Assembly (NCBI RefSeq): GCF_009914755.1
Contig: NC_060925.1
From: the human T2T-CHM13v2.0 reference genome, Homo sapiens
Length of the DNA: 64,000 bases
Direction: 5' to 3' (one strand)
Below, piece by piece: positions 1 through 15,500 of the stretch; the first letter of the stretch is position 1, and every line of letters begins with the position of its first letter. The notes below the pieces were generated by a model. That model had not been told where the DNA came from and made no database searches. It saw only the letters and a program-made list of their open reading frames with translations. A program made the position numbers and the translations under genes.

Positions 1-437
1 TCCTCCAATGGAATGGAATGGAATTATCGAATGCAATCGAATAGAATTATCGAATGCAATCGAATAAAATCATCGAATGGACTCGAATGGAATCATCGAA
101 TGGAATGGAATGGAACAGTCAATGAACTCGAATGGAATCATCATTGAATGGAATCGAATGGAATCATCGAGTGGAATCGAATGGAATTATGATCAAATGG
201 AATCGAATGTAATCATCATCAAATGGAATCAAAAATAACCATCATCAATTGGTATTGAATGGAATTGTCATCAAATGGAATTCAAAGGAATCAATATCAA
301 ATGGAACCGAATGGAATCCTCATTGAATGGAAATGAAAGGGGTCATCATCTAATGGAATCGCATGGAATCATCATCAAATGGAATCGAATGGAATCATCA
401 TCAAATGGAATCTAATGGAATCATTGAACAGAATTGA

Positions 438-2213
438 ATGGAATCGTCATCGAATGAATTGAATGCAATCATCGAATGGTCTCGAATGGAATCATCTTCT
501 AATGGAAAGGAATGGAATCATCGCATAGAATCGAATGGAATTATCATCGAATGGAATCGAATGGTATCAACACCAAACGGAAAAAAACGGAATTATCGAA
601 TGGAATCGAAGAGAATCTTCGAACGGACCCGAATGGAATCATCTAATGGAATGGAATGGAATAATCCATGGACTCGAATGCAATCATCATCGAATGGAAT
701 CGAATGGAATCATCGAATGGACTCGAATGGAATAATCATTGAACGGAATCGAATGGAATCATCATCGGATGGAAACGAATGGAATCATCATCGAATGGAA
801 ATGAAAGGAGTCATCATCTAATGGAATTGCATGGAATCATCATAAAATGGAATCGAATGGAATCAACATCAAATGGAATCAAATGGAATCATTGAACGGA
901 ATTGAATGGAATCGTCATCGAATGAATTGACTGCAATCACGCAATGGTCTCGAATGGAATCATCTTCAAATGGAATGGAATGGAATCATCGCATAGAATC
1001 GAATGGAATTATCATCGAATGGAATCGAATGGAATCAACATCAAACGGAAAAAAACGGAATTATCGAATGGAATCGAAGAGAATCATCGAATGGACCCGA
1101 ATGGAATCATCTAATGGAATGGAATGGAATAATCCATGGACTCGAATGCAATCATCATCGAATGGAATCGAATGGAATCATCGAATGCACTCGAATGGAA
1201 TAATCATTGAACGGAATCGAGTGGAATCATCATCGGATGGAAATGAATGGAATCATCATCGAATGGAATCGAATAGAATTATGGAATGAAATCCAGTGTG
1301 ATCATCATCGAATGGACCCGAATGGAATCATCATCCAACGGAAGCTAATGGAATCAACATCGAATGAATCAAATGGAAACACCATCGAATTGAAACGAAT
1401 GGAATTATCATGAAATTGAAATGGATGGACTCATCATCGAATGGATTCGAATGGAATCATCGAATAAAATTGATTGAAATCATCATCGAATGGAATCGAA
1501 TGGTATCATTGAATGGAATCGAATGGAATCATCATCAGATGGAAATGAATGGAATCGTCATAGAATGGAATCGAATGGATTCATTGAATGGAATCAGATG
1601 GAATCATCGAATGGACTGGAATGGAATCATTGAATGGACTCGAAAGGGATCATGATTGAATGGAATTGAATGGAATCATCGAATGGTCTCGATTGGAATC
1701 ATTATCAAATGGAATCGAATGGAATCACCGAATAGAATCGAATGGAACAATCATCGAATGGACTCAAATGGAATTATCCTCCAATGGAATGGAATGGAAT
1801 TATCGAATGCAATCGAATGGAATTATCGAATGCAATCGAATAGAATCATCGAATGGACTCGAATGGAATCATCGAATGGAATGGAATGGAACAGTCAATG
1901 AACTCGAATGGAATCATCATTGAATGGAATCGAATGGAATCATCGAGTGGAATCGAATGGAATTATGATCAAATGGAATCGAATGTAATCATCATCAAAT
2001 GGAATCAAAAATAACCATCATCAATTGGTATTGAATGGAATTGTCATCAAATGGAATTCAAAGGAATCATCATCAAATGGAACCGAATGGAATCCTCATT
2101 GAATGGAAATGAAAGGGGTCATCATCTAATGGAATCGCATGGAATCATCATCAAATGGAATCGAATGGAATCATCATCAAATGGAATCTAATGGAATCAT
2201 TGAACAGAATTGA
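438..2213 (+). repeat. Canonical 1776-bp unit (468-bp sub-unit A + 468-bp sub-unit B + 840-bp remainder)
   Basis: Homologous pseudo-ORF starts at 438, 906 (+468) and 2214 (+1776). Landmarks gaaatccagtgtgatc, cggaagctaatgg, aaagggatcatg and aaaaataaccatc occur once per unit; aaacggaaaaaaacgg occurs twice. The unit start is arbitrary. Confidence 0.95.
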
Positions 2214-3521
2214 ATGGAATCGTCATCGAATGAATTGAATGCAATCATCGAATGGTCTCGAATGGATTCATCTTCTAATGGAAAGGAATGGAATCATCGC
2301 ATAGAATCGAATGGAATTATCATCGAATGGAATCGAATGGTATCAACACCAAACGGAAAAAAACGGAATTATCGAATGGAATCGAAGAGAATCTTCGAAC
2401 GGACCCGAATGGAATCATCTAATGGAATGGAATGGAATAATCCATGGACTCGAATGCAATCATCATCGAATGGAATCGAATGGAATCATCGAGTGGACTC
2501 GAATGGAATAATCATTGAACGGAATCGAATGGAATCATCATCGGATGGAAATGAATGGAATCATCATCGAATGGAATCGAATAGAATTATGGAATGAAAT
2601 CCAGTGTGATCATCATCGAATGGACCCGAATGGAATCATCATCCAACGGAAGCTAATGGAATCAACATCGAATGAATCAAATGGAAACACCATCGAATTG
2701 AAACGAATGGAATTATCATGAAATTGAAATGGATGGACTCATCATCGAATGGATTCGAAAGGAATCATCGAATAAAATTGATTGAAATCATCATCGAATG
2801 GAATCGAATGGTATCATTGAATGGAATCGAATGGAATCATCATCAGATGGAAATGAATGGAATCGTCATAGAATGGAATCGAATGGATTCATTGAATGGA
2901 ATCAGATGGAATCATCGAATGGACTGGAATGGAATCATTGAATGGACTCGAAAGGGATCATGATTGAATGGAATTGAATGGAATCATCGAATGGTCTCGA
3001 TTGGAATCATTATCAAATGGAATCGAATGGAATCACCGAATAGAATCGAATGGAACAATCATCGAATGGACTCAAATGGAATTATCCTCAAATGGAATCG
3101 AATGGAATTATCGAATGCAATCGAATGGAATTATCGAATGCAATCGAATAGAATCATCGAATGGACTCGAATGGAATCATCGAATGGAATGGAATGGAAC
3201 AGTCAATGAACTCGAATGGAATCATCATTGAATGGAATCGAATGGAATCATCGAGTGGAATCGAATGGAATTATGATCAAATGGAATCGAATGTAATCAT
3301 CATCAAATGGAATCAAAAATAACCATCATCAATTGGTATTGAATGGAATTGTCATCAAATGGAATTCAAAGGAATCATCATCAAATGGAACCGAATGGAA
3401 TCCTCATTGAATGGAAATGAAAGGGGTCATCATCTAATGGAATCGCATGGAATCATCATCAAATGGAATCGAATGGAATCATCATCAAATTGAATCTAAT
3501 GGAATCATTGAACTGAATTGA
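2214..3521 (+). repeat. 1308-bp unit with a single hybrid A/B sub-unit
   Basis: Only one cggaaaaaaacgg. A-type markers (ctaatggaaagg, ggtatcaacacc, tcttcgaacgg) are followed by the B-type exit into gaaatccagtgtg. The next unit starts at 3522. Confidence 0.92.
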
Positions 3522-6500
3522 ATGGAATCGTCATCGAATTAATTGAATGCAATCATCGAATGGTCTCGAATGGAATCATCTTCTAATGGAAAGGAATGGA
3601 ATCATCGCATAGAATCGAATGGAATTATCATCGAATGGAATCGAATGGTATCAACACCAAACGGAAAAAAACGGAATTATCGAATGGAATCGAAGAGAAT
3701 CTTCGAACGGACCCGAATGGAATCATCTAATGGAATGGAATGGAATAATCCATGGACTCGAATGCAATCATCATCGAATGGAATCGAATGGAATCATCGA
3801 ATGGACTCGAATGGAATAATCATTGAACGGAATCGAATGGAATCATCATCGGATGGAAACGAATGGAATCATCATCGAATGGAAATGAATGGAGTCATCA
3901 TCTAATGGAATTGCATGGAATCATCATAAAATGGAATCGAATGGAATCAACATCAAATCGAATCAAACGGAATCATTGAACGGAATTGAATGGAATCGTC
4001 ATCGAATGAATTGACTGCAATCATCGAATGGTCTCGAATGGAATCATCTTCAAATGGAATGGAATGGAATCATCGCATAGAATCGAATGGAATTATCATC
4101 GAATGGAATCGAATGGAATCAACATCAAACGGAAAAAAACGGAATTATCGAATGGAATCGAAGAGAATCATCGAATGGACCCGAATGGAATCATCTAATG
4201 GAATGGAATGGAATAATCCATGGACTCGAATGCAATCATCATCGAATGGAATCGAATGGAATCATCGAATGGACTCGAATGGAATAATCATTGAACGGAA
4301 TCGAATGGAATCATCATCGGATGGAAATGAATGGAATCATCATCGAATGGAATCGAATAGAATTATGGAATGAAATCCAGTGTGATCATCATCGAATGGA
4401 CCCGAATGGAATCATCATCCAACGGAAGCTAATGGAATCAACATCGAATGAATCGAATGGAAACACCATCGAATTGAAACGAATGGAATTATCATGAAAT
4501 TGAAATGGATGGACTCATCATCGAATGGATTCGAATGGAATCATCGAATAAAATTGATTGAAATCATCATCGAATGGAATCGAATGGTATCATTGAATGG
4601 AATCGAATGGAATCATCATCAGATGGAAATGAATGGAATCGTCATAGAATGGAATCGAATGGATTCATTGAATGGAATCAGATGGAATCATCGAATGGAC
4701 TGGAATGGAATCATTGAATGGACTCGAAAGGGATCATGATTGAATGGAATTGAATGGAATCATCGAATGGTCTCGATTGGAATCATTATCAAATGGAATC
4801 GAATGGAATCACCGAATAGAATCGAATGGAACAATCATCGAATGGACTCAAATGGAATTATCCTCAAATGGAATCGAATGGAATTATCGAATGCAATCGA
4901 ATGGAATTATCGAATGCAATCGAATAGAATCATCGAATGGACTCGAATGGAATCATCGAATGGAATGGAATGGAACAGTCAATGAACACGAATGGAATCA
5001 TCATTGAATGGAATCGAATGGAATCATCGAGTGGAATCGAATGGAATTATGATCAAATGGAATCGAATGTAATCATCATCAAATGGAATCAAAAATAACC
5101 ATCATCAATTGGTATTGAATGGAATTGTCATCAAATGGAATTCAAAGGAATCATCATCAAATGGAACCGAATGGAATCCTCATTGAATGGAAATGAAAGG
5201 GGTCATCATCTAATGGAATCGCATGGAATCATCACCAAATGGAATCGAATGGAATCATCATCAAATGGAATCTAATGGAATCATTGAACAGAATTGAATG
5301 GAATCGTCATCAAATGAATTGAATGCAATCATCGAATGGTCTCGAATGGAATCATCTTCTAATGGAAAGGAATGGAATCATCGCATAGAATCGAATGGAA
5401 TTATCATCGAATGGAATCGAATGGTATCAACACCAAACGGAAAAAAACGGAATTATCGAATGGAATCGAAGAGAATCTTCGAACGGACCCGAATGGAATC
5501 ATCTAATGGAATGGAATGGAATAATCCATGGACTCGAATGCAATCATCATCAAATGGAATGGAATGGAATCATCGAATGGACTCGAATGGAATAATCATT
5601 GAACGGAATCGAATGGAATCATCATCGGATGGAAACGAATGGAATCATCATCGAATGGAAATGAAAGGAGTCATCATCTAATGCAATTGCATGGAATCAT
5701 CATCAAATGGAATCGAATGGAATCAACATCAAATGGAATCTAATGGAATCATTGAACAGAATTGAATGGAATCGTCATCGAATGAATTGACTGCAATCAT
5801 CGAATGGTCTCGAATGGAATCATCTTCAAATGGAATGGAATGGAATCATCGCATAGAATCGAATGGAATTATCATCGAATGGAATCGAATGGAATCAACA
5901 TCAAACGGAAAAAAACGGAATTATCGAATGGAATCGAAGAGAATCATCGAATGGACCCGAATGGAATCATCTAATGGAATGGAATGGAATAATCCATGGA
6001 CTCGAATGCAATCATCATCGAATGGAATCGAATGGAATCATCGAATGGACTCGAATGGAATAATCATTGAACGGAATCGAATGGAATCATCATCAGATGG
6101 AAATGAATGGAATCATCATCGAATGGAATCGAATAGAATTATGGAATGAAATCCAGTGTGATCATCATCGAATGGACCCGAATGGAATCATCATCCAACG
6201 GAAGCTAATGGAATCAACATCGAATGAATCAAATGGAAACACCATCGAATTGAAACGAATGGAATTATCATGAAATTGAAATGGATGGACTCATCATCGA
6301 ATGGATTCGAATGGAATCATCGAATAAAATTGATTGAAATCATCATCGAATGGAATCGAATGGTATCATTGAATGGAATCGAATGGAATCATCATCAGAT
6401 GGAAATGAATGGAATCGTCATAGAATGGAATCGAATGGATTCATTGAATGGAATCAGATGGAATCATCGAATGGACTGGAATGGAATCATTGAATGGACT

Positions 6501-9500
6501 CAAAAGGGATCATGATTGAATGGAATTGAATGGAATCATCGAATGGTCTCGATTGGAATCATTATCAAATGGAATCGAATGGAATCACCGAATAGAATCG
6601 AATGGAACAATCATCGAATGGACTCAAATGGAATTATCCTCAAATGGAATCGAATGGAATTATCGAATGCAATCGAATGGAATTATCGAATGCAATCAAA
6701 TAGAATGATCGAATGGACTCGAATGGAATCATCGAATGGAATGCAATGGAACAGTCAATGAACTCGAATGGAATCATCATTGAATGTAATCGAATGGAAT
6801 CATCGATTGGAATCGAATGGAATTATGATCAAATGGAATCGAATGTAATCCTCATCAAATGGAATCAAAAATAACCATCATCAATTGGTATTGAATGGAA
6901 TTGTCATCAAATGGAATTCAAAGGAATCATCATCAAATGGAACCGAATGGAATCCTCATTGAATGGAAATGAAAGGGGTCATCATCTAATGGAATCGCAT
7001 GGAATCATCATCAAATGGAATCGAATGGAATCATCATCAAATGGAATCTAATGGAATCATTGAACAGAATTGAATGGAATCGTCATCGAATGAATTGAAT
7101 GCAATCATCGAATGGTCTCGAATGGAATCATCTTCTAATGGAAAGGAATGGAATCATCGCATAGAATCGAATGGAATTATCATCGAATGGAATCGAATGG
7201 TATCAACACCAAACGGAAAAAAACGGAATTATCGAATGGAATCGAAGAGAATCTTCGAACGGACCCGAATGGAATCATCTAATGGAATGGAATGGAATAA
7301 TCCATGGACTCGAATGCAATCATCATCGAATGGAATCGAATGGAATCATCGAATGGACTCGAATGGAATAATCATTGAACGGAATCGAATGGAATCATCA
7401 TCGGATGGAAACGAATGGAATCATCATCGAATGGAAATGAAAGGAGTCATCATCTAATGGAATTGCATGGAATCATCATAAAATGGAATCGAATGGAATC
7501 AAGATCAAATGGAATCAAATGGAATCATTGAACGGCATTGAATGGAATCGTCATCGAATGAATTGACTGCAATCATCCAATGGTCTCGAATGGAATCATC
7601 TTCAAATGGAATGGAATGGAATCATCGCATAGAATCGAATGGAATTATCATCGAATGGAATCGAATGGAATCAACATCCAACGGAAAAAAACGGAATTAT
7701 CGAATGGAATCGAAGAGAATCATCGAATGGACCCGAATGGAATCATCTAATGGAATGGAATGGAATAATCCATGGACTCGAATGCAATCATCATCGAATG
7801 GAATCGAATGGAATCATCGAATGGACTCGAATGGAATAATCATTGAACGGAATCGAATGGAATCATCATCGGATGGAAATGAATGGAATCATCATCGAAT
7901 GGAATCGAATAGAATTATGGAATGAAATCCAGTGTGATCATCATCGAATGGACCCGAATGGAATCATCATCCAACGGAAGCTAATGGAATCAACATCGAA
8001 TGAATCGAATGGAAACACCATCGAATTGAAACGAATGGAATTATCATGAAATTGAAATGGATGGACTCATCATCGAATGGATTCGAATGGAATCATGGAA
8101 TAAAATTGATGGAAATCATCATCCAATGGAATCGAATGGTATCATTGAATGGAATCGAATGGAATCATCATCAGATGGAAATGAATGGAATCGTCATAGA
8201 ATGGAATCGAATGGATTCATTGAATGGAATCAGATGGAATCATCGAATGGACTGGAATGGAATCATTGAATGGACTCGAAAGGGATCATGATTGAATGGA
8301 ATTGAATGGAATCATCGAATGGTCTCGATTGGAATCATTATCAAATGGAATCGAATGGAATCACCGAATAGAATCGAATGGAACAATCATCGAATGGACT
8401 CAAATGGAATTATCCTCCAATGGAATGGAATGGAATTATCGAATGCAATCGAATGGAATTATCGAATGCAATCGAATAGAATCATCGAACGGACTCGAAT
8501 GGAATCATCGAATGGAATGGAATGGAACAGTCAATGAACTCGAATGGAATCATCATTGAATGGAATCGAATGGAATCATCGAGTGGAATCGAATGGAATT
8601 ATGATCAAATGGAATCGAATGTAATCCTCATCAAATGGAATCAAAAATAACCATCATCAATTGGTATTGAATGGAATTGTCATCAAATGGAATTCAAAGG
8701 AATCATCATCAAATGGAACCGAATGGAATCCTCATTGAATGGAAATGAAAGGGGTCATCATCTAATGGAATCGCATGGAATCATCATCAAATGGAATCGA
8801 ATGGAATCATCATCAAATGGAATCTAATGGAATCATTGAACAGAATTGAATGGAATCGTCATCGAATGAATTGAATGCAATCATCGAATGGTCTCGAATG
8901 GAATCATCTTCTAATGGAAAGGAATGGAATCATCGCATAGAATCGAATGGAATTATCATCGAATGGAATCGAATGGTATCAACACCAAACGGAAAAAAAC
9001 GGAATTATCGAATGGAATCGAAGAGAATCTTCGAACGGACCCGAATGGAATCATCTAATGGAATGGAATGGAATAATCCATGGACTCGAATGCAATCATC
9101 ATCGAATGGAATCGAATGGAATCATCGAATGGACTCGAATGGAATAATCATTGAACGGAATCAATTGGAATCATCATCGGATGGAAACGAATGGAATCAT
9201 CATCGAATGGAAATGAAAGGAGTCATCATCTAATGGAATTGCATGGAATCATCATAAAATGGAATCGAATGGAATCAACATCAAATGGAATCAAATGGAA
9301 TCATTGAACGGAATTGAATGGAATCGTCATCGAATGAATTGACTGCAATCATCCAATGGTCTCGAATGGAATCATCTTCAAATGGAATGGAATGGAATCA
9401 TCGCATAGAATCGAATGGAATTATCATCGAATGGAATCGAATGGAATCAACATCCAACGGAAAAAAACGGAATTATCGAATGGAATCGAAGAGAATCATC

Positions 9501-12500
9501 GAATGGACCCGAATGGAATCATCTAATGGAATGGAATGGAATAATCCATGGACTCGAATGCAATCATCATCGAATGGAATCGAATGGAATCATCGAATGG
9601 ACTCGAATGGAATAATCATTGAATGGAATCGAATGGAATCATCATCGGATGGAAATGAATGGAATCATCATCGAATGGAATCGAATAGAATTATGGAATG
9701 AAATCCAGTGTGATCATCATCGAATGGACCCGAATGGAATCATCATCCAACGGAAGCTAATGGAATCAACATCGAATGAATCGAATGGAAACACCATCGA
9801 ATTGAAACGAATGGAATTATCATGAAATTGAAATGGATGGACTCATCATCGAATGGATTCGAATGGAATCATCGAATAAAATTGATTGAAATCATCATCG
9901 AATGGAATCGAATGGTATCATTGAATGGAATCGAATGGAATCATCATCAGATGGAAATGAATGGAATCGTCATAGAATGGAATCGAATGGATTCATTGAA
10001 TGGAATCAGATGGAATCATCGAATGGACTGGAATGGAATCATTGAATGGACTCGAAAGGGATCATGATTGAATGGAATTGAATGGAATCATCGAATGGTC
10101 TCGATTGGAATCATTATCAAATGGAATCGAATGGAATCACCGAATAGAATCGAATGGAACAATCATCGAATGGACTCAAATGGAATTATCCTCAAATGGA
10201 ATCGAATGGAATTATCGAATGCAATCGAATGGAATTATCGAATGCAATCGAATAGAATCATCGAATGGACTCGAATGGAATCATCGAATGGAATGGAATG
10301 GAACAGTCAATGAACACGAATGGAATCATCATTGAATGGAATCGAATGGAATCATCGAGTGGAATCGAATGGAATTATGATCAAATGGAATCGAATGTAA
10401 TCATCATCAAATGGAATCAAAAATAACCATCATCAATTGGTATTGAATGGAATTGTCATCAAATGGAATTCAAAGGAATCATCATCAAATGGAACCGAAT
10501 GGAATCCTCATTGAATGGAAATGAAAGGGGTCATCATCTAATGGAATCGCATGGAATCATCACCAAATGGAATCGAATGGAATCATCATCAAATGGAATC
10601 TAATGGAATCATTGAACAGAATTGAATGGAATCGTCATCAAATGAATTGAATGCAATCATCGAATGGTCTCGAATGGAATCATCTTCTAATGGAAAGGAA
10701 TGGAATCATCGCATAGAATCGATTGGAATTATCATCGAATGGAATCGAATGGTATCAACACCAAACGGAAAAAAACGGAATTATCGAATGGAATCGAAGA
10801 GAATCTTCGAACGGACCCGAATGGAATCATCTAATGGAATGGAATGGAATAATCCATGGACTCGAATGCAATCATCATCGAATGGAATCGAATGGAATCA
10901 TCGAATGGACTCGAATGGAATAATCATTGAACGGAATCGAATGGAATCATCATCGGATGGAAACGAATGGAATCATCATCGAATGGAAATGAAAGGAGTC
11001 ATCATCTAATGCAATTGCATGGAATCATCATCAAATGGAATCGAATGGAATCAACATCAAATGGAATCTAATGGAATCATTGAACAGAATTGAATGGAAT
11101 CGTCATCGAATGAATTGACTGCAATCATCGAATGGTCTCGAATGGAATCATCTTCAAATGGAATGGAATGGAATCATCGCATAGAATCGAATGGAATTAT
11201 CATCGAATGGAATCGAATGGAATCAACATCAAACGGAAAAAAACGGAATTATCGAATGGAATCGAAGAGAATCATCGAATGGACCCGAATGGAATCATCT
11301 AATGGAATGGAATGGAATAATCCATGGACTCGAATGCAATCATCATCGAATGGAATCGAATGGAATCATCGAATGGACTCGAATGGAATAATCATTGAAC
11401 GGAATCGAATGGAATCATCATCAGATGGAAATGAATGGAATCATCATCGAATGGAATCGAATAGAATTATGGAATGAAATCCAGTGTGATCATCATCGAA
11501 TGGACCCGAATGGAATCATCATCCAACGGAAGCTAATGGAATCAACATCGAATGAATCAAATGGAAACACCATCGAATTGAAACGAATGGAATCATCATG
11601 AAATTGAAATGGATGGACTCATCATCGAATGGATTCGAATGGAATCATCGAATAAAATTGATTGAAATCATCATCGAATGGAATCGAATGGTATCATTGA
11701 ATGGAATCGAATGGAATCATCATCAGATGGAAATGAATGGAATCGTCATAGAATGGAATCGAATGGATTCATTGAATGGAATCAGATGGAATCATCGAAT
11801 GGACTGGAATGGAATCATTGAATGGACTCAAAAGGGATCATGATTGAATGGAATTGAATGGAATCATCGAATGGTCTCGATTGGAATCATTATCAAATGG
11901 AATCGAATGGAATCACCGAATAGAATCGAATGGAACAATCATCGAATGGACTCAAATGGAATTATCCTCAAATGGAATCGAATGGAATTATCGAATGCAA
12001 TCGAATGGAATTATCGAATGCAATCGAATAGAATGATCGAATGGACTCGAATGGAATCATCGAATGGAATGCAATGGAACAGTCAATGAACTCGAATGGA
12101 ATCATCATTGAATGGAATCGAATGGAATCATCGATTGGAATCGAATGGAATTATGATCAAATGGAATCGAATGTAATCCTCATCAAATGGAATCAAAAAT
12201 AACCATCATCAATTGGTATTGAATGGAATTGTCATCAAATGGAATTCAAAGGAATCATCATCAAATGGAACCGAATGGAATCCTCATTGAATGGAAATGA
12301 AAGGGGTCATCATCTAATGGAATCGCATGGAATCATCATCCAATGGAATCGAATGGAATCATCATCAAATGGAATCTAATGGAATCATTGAACAGAATTG
12401 AATGGAATCGTCATCGAATGAATTGAATGCAATCATCGAATGGTCTCGAATGGAATCATCTTCTAATGGAAAGGAATGGAATCATCGCATAGAATCGAAT

Positions 12501-15500
12501 GGAATTATCATCGAATGGAATCGAATGGTATCAACACCAAACGGAAAAAAACGGAATTATCGAATGGAATCGAAGAGAATCTTCGAACGGACCCGAATGG
12601 AATCATCTAATGGAATGGAATGGAATAATCCATGGACTCGAATGCAATCATCATCGAATGGAATCGAATGGAATCATCGAATGGACTCGAATGGAATAAT
12701 CATTGAACGGAATCGAATGGAATCATCATCGGATGGAAACGAATGGAATCATCATCGAATGGAAATGAAAGGAGTCATCATCTAATGGAATTGCATGGAA
12801 TCATCATAAAATGGAATCGAATGGAATCAACATCAAATGGAATCAAATGGAATCATTGAACGGAATTGAATGGAATCGTCATCGAATGAATTGACTGCAA
12901 TCATCCAATGGTCTCGAATGGAATCATCTTCAAATGGAATGGAATGGAATCATCGCATAGAATCGAATGGAATTATCATCGAATGGAATCGAATGGAATC
13001 AACATCAAACGGAAAAAAACGGAATTATCGAATGGAATCGAAGAGAATCATCGAATGGACCCGAATGGAATCATCTAATGGAATGGAATGGAATAATCCA
13101 TGGACTCGAATGCAATCATCATCGAATGGAATCGAATGGAATCATCGAATGGACTCGAATGGAATAATCATTGAACGGAATCGAATGGAATCATCATCGG
13201 ATGGAAATGAATGGAATCATCATCGAATGGAATCGAATAGAATTATGGAATGAAATCCAGTGTGATCATCATCGAATGGACCCGAATGGAATCATCATCC
13301 AACGGAAGCTAATGGAATCAACATCGAATGAATCGAATGGAAACACCATCGAATTGAAACGAATGGAATTATCATGAAATTGAAATGGATGGACTCATCA
13401 TCGAATGGATTCGAATGGAATCATGGAATAAAATTGATGGAAATCATCATCCAATGGAATCGAATGGTATCATTGAATGGAATCGAATGGAATCATCATC
13501 AGATGGAAATGAATGGAATCGTCATAGAATGGAATCGAATGGATTCATTGAATGGAATCAGATGGAATCATCGAATGGACTGGAATGGAATCATTGAATG
13601 GACTCGAAAGGGATCATGATTGAATGGAATTGAATGGAATCATCGAATGGTCTCGATTGGAATCATTATCAAATGGAATCGAATGGAATCACCGAATAGA
13701 ATCGAATGGAACAATCATCGAATGGACTCAAATGGAATTATCCTCCAATGGAATGGAATGGAATTATCGAATGCAATCGAATGGAATTATCGAATGCAAT
13801 CGAATAGAATCATCGAATGGACTCGAATGGAATCATCGAATGGAATGGAATGGAACAGTCAATGAACTCGAATGGAATCATCATTGAATGGAATCGAATG
13901 GAATCATCGAGTGGAATCGAATGGAATTATGATCAAATGGAATCGAATGTAATCATCATCAAATGGAATCAAAAATAACCATCATCAATTGGTATTGAAT
14001 GGAATTGTCATCAAATGGAATTCAAAGGAATCATCATCAAATGGAACCGAATGGAATCCTCATTGAATGGAAATGAAAGGGGTCATCATCTAATGGAATC
14101 GCATGGAATCATCATCAAATGGAATCGAATGGAATCATCATCAAATGGAATCTAATGGAATCATTGAACAGAATTGAATGGAATCGTCATCGAATGAATT
14201 GAATGCAATCATCGAATGGTCTCGAATGGAATCATCTTCTAATGGAAAGGAATGGAATCATCGCATAGAATCGAATGGAATTATCATCGAATGGAATCGA
14301 ATGGTATCAACACCAAATGGAAAAAAACGGAATTATCGAATGGAATCGAAGAGAATCTTCGAACGGACCCGAATGGAATCATCTAATGGAATGGAATGGA
14401 ATAATCCATGGACTCGAATGCAATCATCATCGAATGGAATCGAATGGAATCATCGAATGGACTCGAATGGAATAATCATTGAACGGAATCGATTGGAATC
14501 ATCATCGGATGGAAACGAATGGAATCATCATCGAATGGAAATGAAAGGAGTCATCATCTAATGGAATTGCATGGAATCATCATAAAATGGAATCGAATGG
14601 AATCAACATCAAATGGAATCAAATGGAATCATTGAACGGAATTGAATGGAATCGTCATCGAATGAATTGACTGCAATCATCCAATGGTCTCGAATGGAAT
14701 CATCTTCAAATGGAATGGAATGGAATCATCGCATAGAATCGAATGGAATTATCATCGAATGGAATCGAATGGAATCAACATCCAACGGAAAAAAACGGAA
14801 TTATCGAATGGAATCGAAGAGAATCATCGAATGGACCCGAATGGAATCATCTAATGGAATGGAATGGAATAATCCATGGACTCGAATGCAATCATCATCG
14901 AATGGAATCGAATGGAATCATCGAATGGACTCGCATGGAATAATCATTGAACGGAATCGAATGGAATCATCATCGGATGGAAATGAATGGAATCATCATC
15001 GAATGGAATCGAATAGAATTATGGAATGAAATCCAGTGTGATCATCATCGAATGGACCCGAATGGAATCATCATCCAACGGAAGCTAATGGAATCAACAT
15101 CGAATGAATCGAATGGAAACACCATCGAATTGAAACGAATGGAATTATCATGAAATTGAAATGGATGGACTCATCATCGAATGGATTCGAATGGAATCAT
15201 CGAATAAAATTGATTGAAATCATCATCGAATGGAATCGAATGGTATCATTGAATGGAATCGAATGGAATCATCATCAGATGGAAATGAATGGAATCGTCA
15301 TAGAATGGAATCGAATGGATTCATTGAATGGAATCAGATGGAATCATCGAATGGACTGGAATGGAATCATTGAATGGACTCGAAAGGGATCATGATTGAA
15401 TGGAATTGAATGGAATCATCGAATGGTCTCGATTGGAATCATTATCAAATGGAATCGAATGGAATCACCGAATAGAATCGAATGGAACAATCATCGAATG

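Noticed and set aside
575-594. aaacggaaaaaaacggaatt A-tract as terminator, poly(A) remnant or target-site duplication
   Set aside because: It occupies the place of a diverged gaatggaatcgaatggaat motif in every 468-bp sub-unit, with no hairpin or inserted element.
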